The notes: a model not told the origin generated them from the letters alone. A DNA stretch of 32,234 bases from Clostridiales bacterium (GCA_026416355.1 JAOAFH010000090.1:1-32234); one strand, 5' to 3'; counted from the stretch's first letter, positions 17,768 through 26,957 are shown. A program made the numbers and translations.

Positions 17768-18196
17768 TTGAAAAAGAAAGGATTTACATTAATAGAAACA
17801 ATGATTTCACTATTTATTTTTTCAATTATTGTTTTTCTGGTGTTAGACTTTTATGGTTTTAATGAAAGACTTAATAAAAACCTAATTGATGATAGTAATG
17901 ACTTATTAAATGGATATATTGCAGTTGATTTTATTTCAGATACTATAAGAAAAAATAAAATTGAAATAATAGATAAAAACCAAAATGGTAGGTGTGAGAT
18001 AATTAAAACAACCGATGGACAAACTCTTTATTTAAAGGGAAGCAATGGAATTTTACGATATGCTTCTGATTCGCAGCAGATTACAATAAATATTTTAGAT
18101 GTTAAAGTTGAAAAAATAAGAGATAAACTATACAAAGTTGCTGTAACTACAAAAACTGGTAGAAAAATTTTGATGTTTACAGGAGAAAAACAATGA
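17768..18196 (+). CDS. Minor pilin (PilW/ComGF-like position)
   Basis: KKKG|FTLIE motif; TTG start. Confidence 0.85.
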   Translation: MKKKGFTLIETMISLFIFSIIVFLVLDFYGFNERLNKNLIDDSNDLLNGYIAVDFISDTIRKNKIEIIDKNQNGRCEIIKTTDGQTLYLKGSNGILRYASDSQQITINILDVKVEKIRDKLYKVAVTTKTGRKILMFTGEKQ

Positions 18197-18549
18197 ATTT
18201 AAAGGGTTCAATAACGGTGTATTTTTTAATACTGACCTGTTTAATTATTTTAGTTGCTTTTACAGTATCCAATTTGTTGTTGGGAGAACACAAGGTAATT
18301 AGTTCTAAGGTAGAATCAGAACAAGCCTACTATAACGCAGAAGCAGGTTTTAAGATTGCTATTAAGAGAATTGAAAAAGAAGGAATAACTTTGAAAGATT
18401 TTTCATACACTGAAATTTTTGATGAAAATAACAATGTAAAGATAACTTTAAAAAATGATAGATTCAATAAAAAGTTTTTAATAAATGTCATGGGAAAATC
18501 ATTTAATTCTATAAAGGCTATTGCAAAGGAAGTACCTTATAGTAAATAA
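18193..18549 (+). CDS. Minor pilin lacking E5 (PilX/GspK/ComGG-like)
   Basis: NLKG|SITVY followed by a hydrophobic helix and QAYYNAEAG; ATGA overlap. Confidence 0.8.
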   Translation: MNLKGSITVYFLILTCLIILVAFTVSNLLLGEHKVISSKVESEQAYYNAEAGFKIAIKRIEKEGITLKDFSYTEIFDENNNVKITLKNDRFNKKFLINVMGKSFNSIKAIAKEVPYSK

Positions 18550-18643
18550 TGGCTTTGATTATTGCAGGATAAATAATATCATGATTTGTGGTAAAACTAA
18601 AAAAAAGAATAAAAAATTTTGTTTATCTTTTATGGAGGGAAAC

Positions 18644-19510
18644 ATGACAGCAAAATTTGGACCATCAGGAAATTCAAAAAGTTTTTATGATGAGGGGTAT
18701 AAATCATCAGTCGATATGCCTAAATGGCTTAAAGAAAAAGGATTAGATGCCTATGAATATTCATGTGGCAGAGGAATAAATATAGGAGATGAAACAGCTA
18801 AAAAAATTGGAGAAGCAGCTAAAAAATATAATATAGATTTATCAATACATAGTCCATATTATATTAATTTTGGAAGTGAAAAACAAGAAATGCAACAAAA
18901 ATCCCAAAAATATTTAATTGATACACTTAATTTAGCAGTAAAAATGCAGGCAGATAGAATAGTTGTTCATCCGGGTTCTTGTGGTAAAATTCCAAGGACT
19001 GTTGCATTTAATAATTTAATAGATGCATTTAAAGAAGCATTGAATAATTTAAAAAACATGGGATTGTATGGTAAAATAACAATTTGTCCAGAAACAATGG
19101 GCAAAAGTAATCAGCTTGGTACTCTAGATGAAATACTTGAATTATGTAAATTAGATGAAACAATAATACCAACTATAGATTTTGGACATATTCATGCTCT
19201 AGGTAGAGGAGCTTTAAATTCAAGGGAGGATTTTAAAGTAATACTAGATAGAATTGAAAATGCATTAGGTAACTATAGATTAAAAAATCTTCATTGCCAC
19301 TTTAGTAGAATAGAATTCACTGAGGCTGGTGAAAAAAAACATTGGACTTTTTCAGATACAGACTATGGTCCTGAATTTTTTCATTTGGCAGAATTATTAG
19401 TTGAAAGAGATATGTCACCAAGAATAATATGTGAATCTAGAGAGAATATGGCTGAAGATGCCCTTGAAATGAAAAAAATTTATCAAGAATATATTTCAAA
19501 AACAAACTAG
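18644..19510 (+). CDS. Endonuclease IV-like TIM-barrel protein (AP endonuclease family 2)
   Basis: HSPYYIN, VVHPG, PETMGK, IDFGHIHA, HCHFS and ICES metal-ligand motifs. ATG 18644 follows GGAGGG. Confidence 0.85.
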   Translation: MTAKFGPSGNSKSFYDEGYKSSVDMPKWLKEKGLDAYEYSCGRGINIGDETAKKIGEAAKKYNIDLSIHSPYYINFGSEKQEMQQKSQKYLIDTLNLAVKMQADRIVVHPGSCGKIPRTVAFNNLIDAFKEALNNLKNMGLYGKITICPETMGKSNQLGTLDEILELCKLDETIIPTIDFGHIHALGRGALNSREDFKVILDRIENALGNYRLKNLHCHFSRIEFTEAGEKKHWTFSDTDYGPEFFHLAELLVERDMSPRIICESRENMAEDALEMKKIYQEYISKTN

Positions 19511-19513
19511 AGT

Positions 19514-19542
19514 TTGCAATCTGATGAATAATCTGCTAAAAT
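19514..19542 (+). promoter_or_regulatory. SigA promoter for the peptidase-efp unit
   Basis: TTGCAA (19514-19519), 17 nt, TAAAAT (19537-19542) with extended TG. Confidence 0.7.
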
Positions 19543-19617
19543 ACAATTGTTATTGTGTAAATAAAATGAAATCCTCATATTTTTCGAGGGTGCACATGTA
19601 CATAGGGGGTAACGAAA

Positions 19618-20688
19618 ATGATTGAAAAAAGACTTGAGAAATTTTTGTCAAAATTTGAGTCACTAGGAATTGATGGAGCTTTTGTTTTTAAAGATGAAAA
19701 CAGAAACTATTTAAGTGGTTTTACAGGAGATGACAGCTTTTTATTTATAACAAATGAAAAATCATATTTTATAACCGATTCTAGATATACAGAGCAAGCA
19801 CAAAATGAAGTAGTTGGATTTGAAGTTGTGGAATATAAACCACCAATACATGATTTTGTTGCTTCACTTGTTGAAAAACATAATGTAAAGAGATTAGGAG
19901 TTGAAGAAGATAGATTATCTTTTTCAGATTACATAGTTTATAAAGAAAAATTAAATGGTGTAGAATTAGTTCAACTTGAGCAAACTATAGAAAAGATAAG
20001 AATGATAAAGGATGCAGAAGAAATTAAACTAATTGAAACTGCTGCTAGTATTGCAGATAAGGCATTTGAACACATTTTAGGATTCATTAAGGTAGGAATG
20101 ACAGAAATTGAAGTTGCTTTAGAACTTGAATTCTTTATGAAAAAATTAGGTGCATCAGCTTTATCATTCCCAACAATAGTAGCATCAGGTAATAGATCAT
20201 CATTACCACATGGAACAGCATCTGAAAAGGTTATAAATGAAGGCGACTTTATAACTCTTGATTTTGGATGTGTATACAAGGGTTATTGTTCAGATATGAC
20301 AAGAACAATTGTACTAGGTAAAGCTAATGAAAAACAAAAAGAAATATATAATACTGTATTAGAGGCAAATGAAGCAGCCCTAAAGGCAGTTAAACCAGGT
20401 ATAAGTTGCGCAGCACTTGACAAAATAGCAAGAGACATTATAGTAGAAAGAGGATATGGTGAAAGATTTGGCCATGGTCTTGGTCATGGTGTAGGAAGAG
20501 AAGTTCATGAGTTGCCATATGTTAATGCAAGAAGTAAATTTGATTTAGAGCCTGGTATGGTAATAACAGATGAACCAGGTATCTATATACCAGGATTTGG
20601 TGGTGTTAGAATAGAGGAACTTGTATTAGTTACTAAAGATGGCTATAGAGTTCTTTCAAAGTCACCAAAGCATTTAATTGAGCTATAA
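19618..20688 (+). CDS. Xaa-Pro aminopeptidase (M24B, YqhT/PapA-like)
   Basis: TDSRY, LPHG, DFG..YCSDMTRT, HGLGHGVGREVHE, EPGIY, GVRIE; lies upstream of efp. Confidence 0.95.
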   Translation: MIEKRLEKFLSKFESLGIDGAFVFKDENRNYLSGFTGDDSFLFITNEKSYFITDSRYTEQAQNEVVGFEVVEYKPPIHDFVASLVEKHNVKRLGVEEDRLSFSDYIVYKEKLNGVELVQLEQTIEKIRMIKDAEEIKLIETAASIADKAFEHILGFIKVGMTEIEVALELEFFMKKLGASALSFPTIVASGNRSSLPHGTASEKVINEGDFITLDFGCVYKGYCSDMTRTIVLGKANEKQKEIYNTVLEANEAALKAVKPGISCAALDKIARDIIVERGYGERFGHGLGHGVGREVHELPYVNARSKFDLEPGMVITDEPGIYIPGFGGVRIEELVLVTKDGYRVLSKSPKHLIEL

Positions 20689-20739
20689 TTTGTTTATACA
20701 TTAATTCAATATAAATTTACTATGGAGGGATAATACACA

Positions 20740-21297
20740 ATGATTACAGCAGGAGATTTTAGAAAAGGTGCAACTTTTGAGATGGATGGACAAGTTTATA
20801 CAATAGTTGAGTTCATGCATGTTAAGCCAGGAAAGGGAGCGGCTTTCGTTAGAACAAAGCTTAAGAATGTTGTAACAGGAGCTGTTATTGAGAAATCATT
20901 TAACCCAACTGAAAAGTTCCCAGAAGCTATTATTGAAAGAAAAGAAATGCAATATCTATACAATGATGGAACTTTATACTACTTTATGGATACACAAACT
21001 TATGATCAAGTTCCACTAAACTATGAAAAAGTAGAAGATGCTATAAAGTATCTAAAGGAAAATATGAATGCAATAATTAAATTCTACAAAGGAGAAGCAT
21101 TCTCAGTTGAACCACCAACATTTGTAGAATTAGAAGTTGTTGAAACAGAACCAGGAGTTAAGGGTGATACTGCAACTAATGCAATGAAACCAGCAACTGT
21201 TGAGACTGGTGCTACATTTATGGTACCACTATTCATCAACCAAGGAGATGTAATCAGAATAGATACAAGAACTGGTGAATATATGTCAAGAGTATAA
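20740..21297 (+). CDS. efp: Elongation factor P
   Basis: [41 protein letters not shown]. Confidence 0.98.
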   Translation: MITAGDFRKGATFEMDGQVYTIVEFMHVKPGKGAAFVRTKLKNVVTGAVIEKSFNPTEKFPEAIIERKEMQYLYNDGTLYYFMDTQTYDQVPLNYEKVEDAIKYLKENMNAIIKFYKGEAFSVEPPTFVELEVVETEPGVKGDTATNAMKPATVETGATFMVPLFINQGDVIRIDTRTGEYMSRV

Positions 21298-21312
21298 TGC
21301 ATAATAATAATA

Positions 21313-21336
21313 TAACAGTGGCTTCGGCCACTGTTA
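21313..21336 (+). terminator. Hairpin after efp (terminator or stabiliser)
   Basis: TAACAGTGGC-TTCG-GCCACTGTTA with a cUUCGg tetraloop and a weak U tract. Confidence 0.6.
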
Positions 21337-21361
21337 ATTAATATGCGAAGGAGGAAAAATT

Positions 21362-21814
21362 ATGCAAAATATTAAAGAAAGGGTATCCTATTTAAAGGGA
21401 TTATCTGATGGCTTAGGTATTACCCATGAAACTAAAGAAGGGAAATTATTAATTGCTATTATTGACGTTTTAGACGATATTGCTGAAGCTATAGACATTT
21501 TAGAAGAAAATCAAAATGAACTTGATGAATATGTTGATGCTATTGACCAAGATTTAGCTGAGGTTGAGGACGAAATATTTGAAGATGACGAAGACTATGA
21601 AGAAGATTTTGAAGATTATGACGACTATGAAGATGATGATGGGTTTGTAGAAGTTGAATGTCCAAATTGCCATGAAACAGTTTATTTAGACAAAGAAATG
21701 TTTGAAGATGAAGATGATGATGGAGAAATAGTTTGTCCTAACTGTGATAAACCAATATACTTTGTAGAACATTGTAATTGCGATTCAGATGACTGCAATT
21801 GCTGTAAAGAATAA
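21362..21814 (+). CDS. Acidic Cys-rich hypothetical protein (CD1247-like N-terminus with zinc ribbon)
   Basis: ERVSYLKGL..EGKLL N-terminus, D/E tract, two CPNC motifs and HCNCDSDDCNCC tail; strong RBS. Confidence 0.85.
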   Translation: MQNIKERVSYLKGLSDGLGITHETKEGKLLIAIIDVLDDIAEAIDILEENQNELDEYVDAIDQDLAEVEDEIFEDDEDYEEDFEDYDDYEDDDGFVEVECPNCHETVYLDKEMFEDEDDDGEIVCPNCDKPIYFVEHCNCDSDDCNCCKE

Positions 21815-21852
21815 GGGCTAACCTAAAGGGCTTAGCCCTTATTCTTTTTTTT
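21808..21852 (+). terminator. Intrinsic terminator before spoIIIA
   Basis: AGAATAAGGGCTAA (21808-21821) / TTAGCCCTTATTCT (21832-21845) followed by a T run. Confidence 0.85.
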
Positions 21853-21882
21853 GTAATAAATAAATAGAGGTATAAATATAAT
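21853..21882 (+). promoter_or_regulatory. SigE-type promoter of the spoIIIA operon
   Basis: ATA (21856-21858), 16 nt, aATAtaaT (21875-21882); spoIIIA is SigE-dependent in B. subtilis and C. difficile. Confidence 0.5.
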
Positions 21883-21907
21883 TGTTATTAAGAAAGGGGG
21901 AGGGTAA

Positions 21908-22867
21908 ATGGTTACATATGATAAAGAAAAAGTGAAAAGAACATTTGAGACAGAAATATTTCCAGTTCTAATTGAAAAGATAAAAGAACCATTGAAAAAC
22001 ATGAAAAATAATGGATATGTAGACATTGAGGAGATTAGATTAAGAGCAGACAGACCAGTAATGATATACATAAAAAATAAAGGATATTTTTTGAATTCAA
22101 ATGGAGCTATTACTGATAAACCTGGAATTGTATTATCAAAGAGTGAATTAGAAAAAATATTTTTAATAATGTGTGATTACTCTTTTTATTCTATGGAAGA
22201 GGATATTAAACAGGGGTTTATAACAATAAAGGGAGGCCATAGAATTGGACTAGCTGGTAGGGTGGTTCAAGATAATGGCAAAATAAAAACTTTAAAGAAT
22301 ATATATTTTATAAATATAAGAATTGCAAAAGAAGTGAAGAACTGTGCATTGAATGTAGTAAAAGAAATTTTCTCGAAAGAGATTAGTCATACATTGATTG
22401 TATCACCACCAGGCTGCGGAAAAACAACAATTCTAAGGGATATGATTAGGCTATTAAGTAATGGTGTTGAAGATATAAATTTAGTTGGGAAAAAGGTTGC
22501 AGTTGTTGATGAAAGAAGTGAAATTGCATCATGTTACCAAGGTATACCGCAGAGGGATGTTGGTATAAGAACTGATGTTTTAGATAGTTGTCCAAAAGTT
22601 GAAGGTATTTCTTTGTTATTAAGGTCAATGTCTCCTGAAATAATAGCCGTTGATGAAATAGGAAGCATAAAGGATGCAGAAGCTATATTTGATGCAGTTA
22701 ATGCTGGTGTCAAAGTTATAGCTACTGCACATGGTAGAGATTTAGATGAAATCTTAAAGAGACCCGGAATAAAAATTCTTATTGAAAATAATTGTTTTGA
22801 AACGGTGATTTTTTTAAGTAATAAACATGGACCAGGTACAATAGAAAATATTTTAAAAATAAACTAA
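21908..22867 (+). CDS. spoIIIAA: Stage III sporulation ATPase AA
   Basis: EEIRLR, GGHRIG, SPPGCGKTTILRD, VDERSEIA, RSMSPEIIAVDEIG, ATAHG. Confidence 0.97.
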   Translation: MVTYDKEKVKRTFETEIFPVLIEKIKEPLKNMKNNGYVDIEEIRLRADRPVMIYIKNKGYFLNSNGAITDKPGIVLSKSELEKIFLIMCDYSFYSMEEDIKQGFITIKGGHRIGLAGRVVQDNGKIKTLKNIYFINIRIAKEVKNCALNVVKEIFSKEISHTLIVSPPGCGKTTILRDMIRLLSNGVEDINLVGKKVAVVDERSEIASCYQGIPQRDVGIRTDVLDSCPKVEGISLLLRSMSPEIIAVDEIGSIKDAEAIFDAVNAGVKVIATAHGRDLDEILKRPGIKILIENNCFETVIFLSNKHGPGTIENILKIN

Positions 22868-22884
22868 AGTAAGGGGGATTGAAA

Positions 22885-23403
22885 ATGCTTAAGATCTTGG
22901 GAAGTTTTTTAATTATTTTATCAACATCTGGCATGGGCTTTCTTTATGCATTTGGGTATAAAGAAAGGGTAAGGCAGCTTAGGGAACTACAATATTCAAT
23001 TAATGCATTATCTAGTGAAATACTCTACTCATCAAATCCACTCTGGATAGCATTTTTAAATGTTGCAAATAAATGTAGTTCACCTTTTAAAGAATTATTC
23101 TTAAATATGTCAGAAAGTTTAAAACAAAAATCAATTGAAACTATTTCAGAAAGCTTTGAGATTGCACTTAAACAGCAGAGGGATAATATTTATTTAGAAA
23201 ATGAAGACTTAGAATTATTAAGAACATTTATAAATGGATTAAGCTCAAATGATTGTGAAGGGCATAAGAAAAACTTTAATATAACCCAAAAAAAATTAGA
23301 GGGATTAGAAAAAATAGCAGAAGAAAATAGAAATAAGAATGAAAGGCTATATAAATATTTAGGCGTTTTAAGTGGATTATTAATTGTTATTTTATTAGTG
23401 TAA
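22885..23403 (+). CDS. spoIIIAB: Stage III sporulation protein AB
   Basis: MLKILGSFLII..RVRQLREL..EILY and LYKYLGVLSGLLIVILL; operon order. ATG 22885 fits the RBS. Confidence 0.93.
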   Translation: MLKILGSFLIILSTSGMGFLYAFGYKERVRQLRELQYSINALSSEILYSSNPLWIAFLNVANKCSSPFKELFLNMSESLKQKSIETISESFEIALKQQRDNIYLENEDLELLRTFINGLSSNDCEGHKKNFNITQKKLEGLEKIAEENRNKNERLYKYLGVLSGLLIVILLV

Positions 23404-23415
23404 GGGGTGTAGATT

Positions 23416-23616
23416 ATGAATTTAGATATTTATCAAATACTTAAGATTGCCGTATTTGGGATTATGCTAGCAGTGATAGATAAGATATTAGAAAGTGTTG
23501 GAAAAAAGGAAATTGCCACAATGGTTTCAATAATAGGTTTAGTAATAATTTTAATAATGACAATTGGTTATATATCAAATTTATTTAGAAGCCTAATTAC
23601 TATGTTCCAGTTATAG
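23416..23616 (+). CDS. spoIIIAC: Stage III sporulation protein AC
   Basis: 66 aa, two TM segments, ILKIA..GKKE..MFQL; operon order. Confidence 0.92.
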   Translation: MNLDIYQILKIAVFGIMLAVIDKILESVGKKEIATMVSIIGLVIILIMTIGYISNLFRSLITMFQL

Positions 23617-23627
23617 AAGGTGATGTT

Positions 23628-24014
23628 ATGCAAATTGCTCAAATAGTTTTAATGGCTCTTGTTGTTGCAACGATTGTAACATTGCTTAAAAAAGAAAAAC
23701 AAGAGGTGGCAATACAGGTTAGTATTTTATTTGGTATAGTCATATTTTTTATGATGCTTAGTAAGTTTACAGTTGTGATACAAGCAATGCAGCAAATAGC
23801 ATTAAAAGCCAATATAGATTTTACTTATGTTAATATTGTTTTTAAAATCATAGCTATTTCTTACATAGCCTCATTTGGTATAGAAATTTGCAAGGACATA
23901 GGGGAGTCGTCCCTAGCGGCTAAAATTGAGTTTGCTGGAAAAATAATAATTTTAATACTTGCCATACCAATAATAATGGCTGTTATGGATATGGTAATAA
24001 AATTGATACCGTAG
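23628..24014 (+). CDS. spoIIIAD: Stage III sporulation protein AD
   Basis: EICKDIGESSLAAKIEFAGKIIILILAIPI motif. Confidence 0.95.
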   Translation: MQIAQIVLMALVVATIVTLLKKEKQEVAIQVSILFGIVIFFMMLSKFTVVIQAMQQIALKANIDFTYVNIVFKIIAISYIASFGIEICKDIGESSLAAKIEFAGKIIILILAIPIIMAVMDMVIKLIP

Positions 24015-24023
24015 GTGATGCAA

Positions 24024-25175
24024 ATGAAATATAAAATAACAATACTAATGTTAATAATCACAACTATGATGTGTTTAACCAGTGTTAAAGCCAAAACAAT
24101 AGATAATGAATACAATATAGATTATAATCAAATTGAGGAAACATCAAGAATTATTCAACAAAGAAGTGACTATTTACCGCAGTTTAGCTTTAAGGAATTA
24201 GTAAATGAATATAAAGTAAGTCATTCATTAACTAAAACATTAAAAAGTATGTGGGAAGGTTCAAAAAAGTACATATTTAAAGAGGTAATTGGTAGTTCGA
24301 GATTACTTGTTGAGCTTTTGCTTTTGGGTATTCTGTGTGCATTGCTTCAAAACATGCAGTCTTCTTTCAGTAGCTCATCTGTTAATAAAATTGCATATTA
24401 TGCATGTTATCTGGTTATGGTTGTAGTAATAATTAAATCATTTACTGTTATTGTTGATTTGAGTAGAGATACAATTGATAAAATGATTCAGTTTGTTAAT
24501 TCACTAATGCCTTCTCTTATGATATTAATTGCGTCTGTTGGAGGATTTGCATCAGCAACAATGCTTGATCCTCTAATAATGTTTGTTACTAAATTTTTTA
24601 GTGATATAATTAAAGATTTAATTTTACCAATGACATTTTTGATAGTAGCACTTAATATAGTGGACAACCTAAGTGATGAAATAAAGATTAGTAAATTAGT
24701 CAAATTATTAGAACAAATAACTTTGTGGACAATAGGTTTTATTATGACAATTTTTGTAGCTTTTATAACCATAAGAAGTAGTACATCTGCATCTATAGAT
24801 CAAGTAACACTAAAAACAACAAAGTTTATGGTAGATAGTTTTATTCCTATAGTAGGAAAGACTCTATCAGACGCAGTTTCAACAGTTGCAGGGTATTCTC
24901 TTTTGCTTAAGGATGCTGTAAGTGTTGTTGGATTGGTAGTAATGGTTAGCATAATATTATTTCCACTTATAAAGTTAATAATTATTGCAGTTATTTATAA
25001 GTTTGTAGGTGCAATTATGGAACCAATAGTTGATAAAAAAATTGTTGAATGTCTATCATCTGTTGGTGGAGCTATATCAATTTTATTCGCAAGCATATTA
25101 TCCGTTGCAGTTATGTTTTTTATAATAATCACAATCATAGCTTCTACGGGTAGATTATTGGTAATGGTAAGGTGA
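24024..25175 (+). CDS. spoIIIAE: Stage III sporulation protein AE
   Basis: Polytopic membrane protein with FIPIVGKTLSDA..LLKDAV. Start could be 24015, 24018 or 24024; RBS favours 24024. Confidence 0.94.
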   Translation: MKYKITILMLIITTMMCLTSVKAKTIDNEYNIDYNQIEETSRIIQQRSDYLPQFSFKELVNEYKVSHSLTKTLKSMWEGSKKYIFKEVIGSSRLLVELLLLGILCALLQNMQSSFSSSSVNKIAYYACYLVMVVVIIKSFTVIVDLSRDTIDKMIQFVNSLMPSLMILIASVGGFASATMLDPLIMFVTKFFSDIIKDLILPMTFLIVALNIVDNLSDEIKISKLVKLLEQITLWTIGFIMTIFVAFITIRSSTSASIDQVTLKTTKFMVDSFIPIVGKTLSDAVSTVAGYSLLLKDAVSVVGLVVMVSIILFPLIKLIIIAVIYKFVGAIMEPIVDKKIVECLSSVGGAISILFASILSVAVMFFIIITIIASTGRLLVMVR

Positions 25176-25180
25176 TGCAT

Positions 25181-25756
25181 ATGATAAGTTTTTTGAAAAG
25201 CTGGATTATGAATATCGTTGTTTTAATAATATTTTTAGCTTTAGCAGAAATAATCCTACCTTCAAACTCCATGAGAAAATATGCGAGATTTGTAATGGGG
25301 TTAATTATTATTGTAGTTATAATAACACCAATATTTAAACTCTTTGATAAACAAAATAGCATTGAAGGAGCTATATCGGAATACGAAAGGAAATATGAAG
25401 AAGTATATAAAGGAAACATAAATTCTAAAGAGTTAGAAAAGACAATCCAACGAAAAACTATTAATGAATTTGAGAAAAAGCTTAAAGAAAACATTGAAAA
25501 TGATGTACTAAAAAATACTGGTAAAAAAATTGCTGTAAACAAACTAGATGTTAATACTAAATTAGGTTCAGAGGATTTCGGAGCAATTATGTATATAGAA
25601 ATAAAAGTAACTTCAAATTCAGATATTCAACCAGTTGAAAAGGTTGTGATTGGTGGACAAACAAACTCTAAAAGTAATTACAAAGACAATGAGATACTAG
25701 AATTTGTGAGTAAAAATTATAAAGTAAATGAGAAAAATATAGTATTTGTAAAGTGA
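25181..25756 (+). CDS. spoIIIAF: Stage III sporulation protein AF
   Basis: WIMNIV..ILPSNSMRKYARFVMGLII..P motif. Confidence 0.93.
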   Translation: MISFLKSWIMNIVVLIIFLALAEIILPSNSMRKYARFVMGLIIIVVIITPIFKLFDKQNSIEGAISEYERKYEEVYKGNINSKELEKTIQRKTINEFEKKLKENIENDVLKNTGKKIAVNKLDVNTKLGSEDFGAIMYIEIKVTSNSDIQPVEKVVIGGQTNSKSNYKDNEILEFVSKNYKVNEKNIVFVK

Positions 25757-25768
25757 GGTTGATGGAAT

Positions 25769-26371
25769 ATGATGAAATTTAAAATACCTGAGATAAAAGG
25801 TGAAAATATTAAAAAATATATGGTATATTTAATTCTTGTATTTTGTGTAGGAGTTTTAATATTTTTAGCAGCAGATATTTTCTCAAATATATTTGGTAAA
25901 AGTACAAATACTAAAAATGATAAGAATGTAGAAGAAACTGTTGCTAAGAATATAGAAGTTGTTGGCGGAGGTATGAGCTATGAGGATAGAATAAAGAGAG
26001 ATTTAGTTGATATACTATCTCAAATTAAAGGTGTTGGGAAAGTAAATGTTATGGTTTATTTTGAAGGAAGTCAAGAAACACAACCAGCTTACAATATTAA
26101 TGAAACAAGCAAAGTAATACAAGAAAAAGATAATCAAGGTGGAACTAGAACAACAAATGAAAATAACAAAAGCGTTAATGTTGTAATTTTAAATGAAGGA
26201 AGTAATACAAAACCACTTATTGTAAAGCAGGTTAATCCTTCAATTGGTGGAGTTATTGTTGTGGCAGAAGGCGCTGATAATGTAGCAGTTAAAGAAATGA
26301 TTAAGAATGCTGTAAAAACAGTTTTGAATATTCCAGCCAATAAAGTAAGTGTTGAATCAATGAAAAAATAA
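25769..26371 (+). CDS. spoIIIAG: Stage III sporulation protein AG
   Basis: LSQIKGVGKVNVMV and PSIGGVIVVAEGA..AVKTVLNIPANKV. Confidence 0.95.
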   Translation: MMKFKIPEIKGENIKKYMVYLILVFCVGVLIFLAADIFSNIFGKSTNTKNDKNVEETVAKNIEVVGGGMSYEDRIKRDLVDILSQIKGVGKVNVMVYFEGSQETQPAYNINETSKVIQEKDNQGGTRTTNENNKSVNVVILNEGSNTKPLIVKQVNPSIGGVIVVAEGADNVAVKEMIKNAVKTVLNIPANKVSVESMKK

Positions 26372-26434
26372 AGAATAATATTTAATATAAATTCATATAA
26401 ATTTATCAGAAAGATTGAATGGGGGGAAGGTACA

Positions 26435-26935
26435 ATGGAACAATTCAGAAAGCAAACTGCAATAATAGCGGTACTAGTAGTACTTATTGCTTGTTCTGCT
26501 TATTATGCCAAGAGGTTCAACGATCAATCAAAGGGTGTAGTAAAGAACGGAAAGGAGGTAACTGAAACTTCTAAAACAGGCAATTCTAATTTCTTTGCTG
26601 AAGCAAGAATTGGAAGAGATAATCAATATAGCACACATAAACAAGAATTAGAAAACATAATCAATAATAAAAATTCAACAAAGCAAGCAATAGAAGAAGC
26701 ACAAGCGAAGTTAATGGTATTGGCTGATTGGGCAGATAAGCAAAACAAGATTGAACAAATGGCAAAGCAAAGAGGATTTGAAGATGCTATTTGTTTAATT
26801 AACGAAAATGGAGTTGAACTTTGTGTAAAGACTGCTGAAGCTTTAACTAGAGAACAAGCAGCTCAACTTATGGATGATGTAGTTAGAACAACAAGTATTT
26901 CACCAAGCAAAATAGTAATTAAATCACAAAAATAA
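26435..26935 (+). CDS. spoIIIAH: Stage III sporulation protein AH
   Basis: N-terminal TM, FFAEARI.R, RGFEDAIC ring-building domain; operon order. Confidence 0.9.
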   Translation: MEQFRKQTAIIAVLVVLIACSAYYAKRFNDQSKGVVKNGKEVTETSKTGNSNFFAEARIGRDNQYSTHKQELENIINNKNSTKQAIEEAQAKLMVLADWADKQNKIEQMAKQRGFEDAICLINENGVELCVKTAEALTREQAAQLMDDVVRTTSISPSKIVIKSQK

Positions 26936-26957
26936 ATACTAATATATAACAAAAGTA

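Noticed and set aside
18521-18643. 41-aa N-terminal extension of the EndoIV-like ORF, and similar extended starts for udk, pilT, pilin, pilD, nusB and ispA
   Set aside because: Downstream ATGs have well-spaced RBSs and coincide with the start of family homology.
19566-19625. 19-codon uORF overlapping the peptidase start
   Set aside because: No RBS and no Pro-rich or other leader-peptide signature.
21581-21640. GAAGAT/GAC-rich quasi-repeats as a tandem repeat or CRISPR
   Set aside because: Explained by the Asp/Glu coding tract; no fixed repeat-spacer period. No CRISPR array, tRNA, IS or integrase was seen in the window.
21835-21905. Terminator 3' arm pairing with the spoIIIAA RBS as a third anti-SD
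   Set aside because: The pairing relies on many G-U pairs between pyrimidine- and purine-rich tracts and competes with a perfect 14-bp terminator stem.
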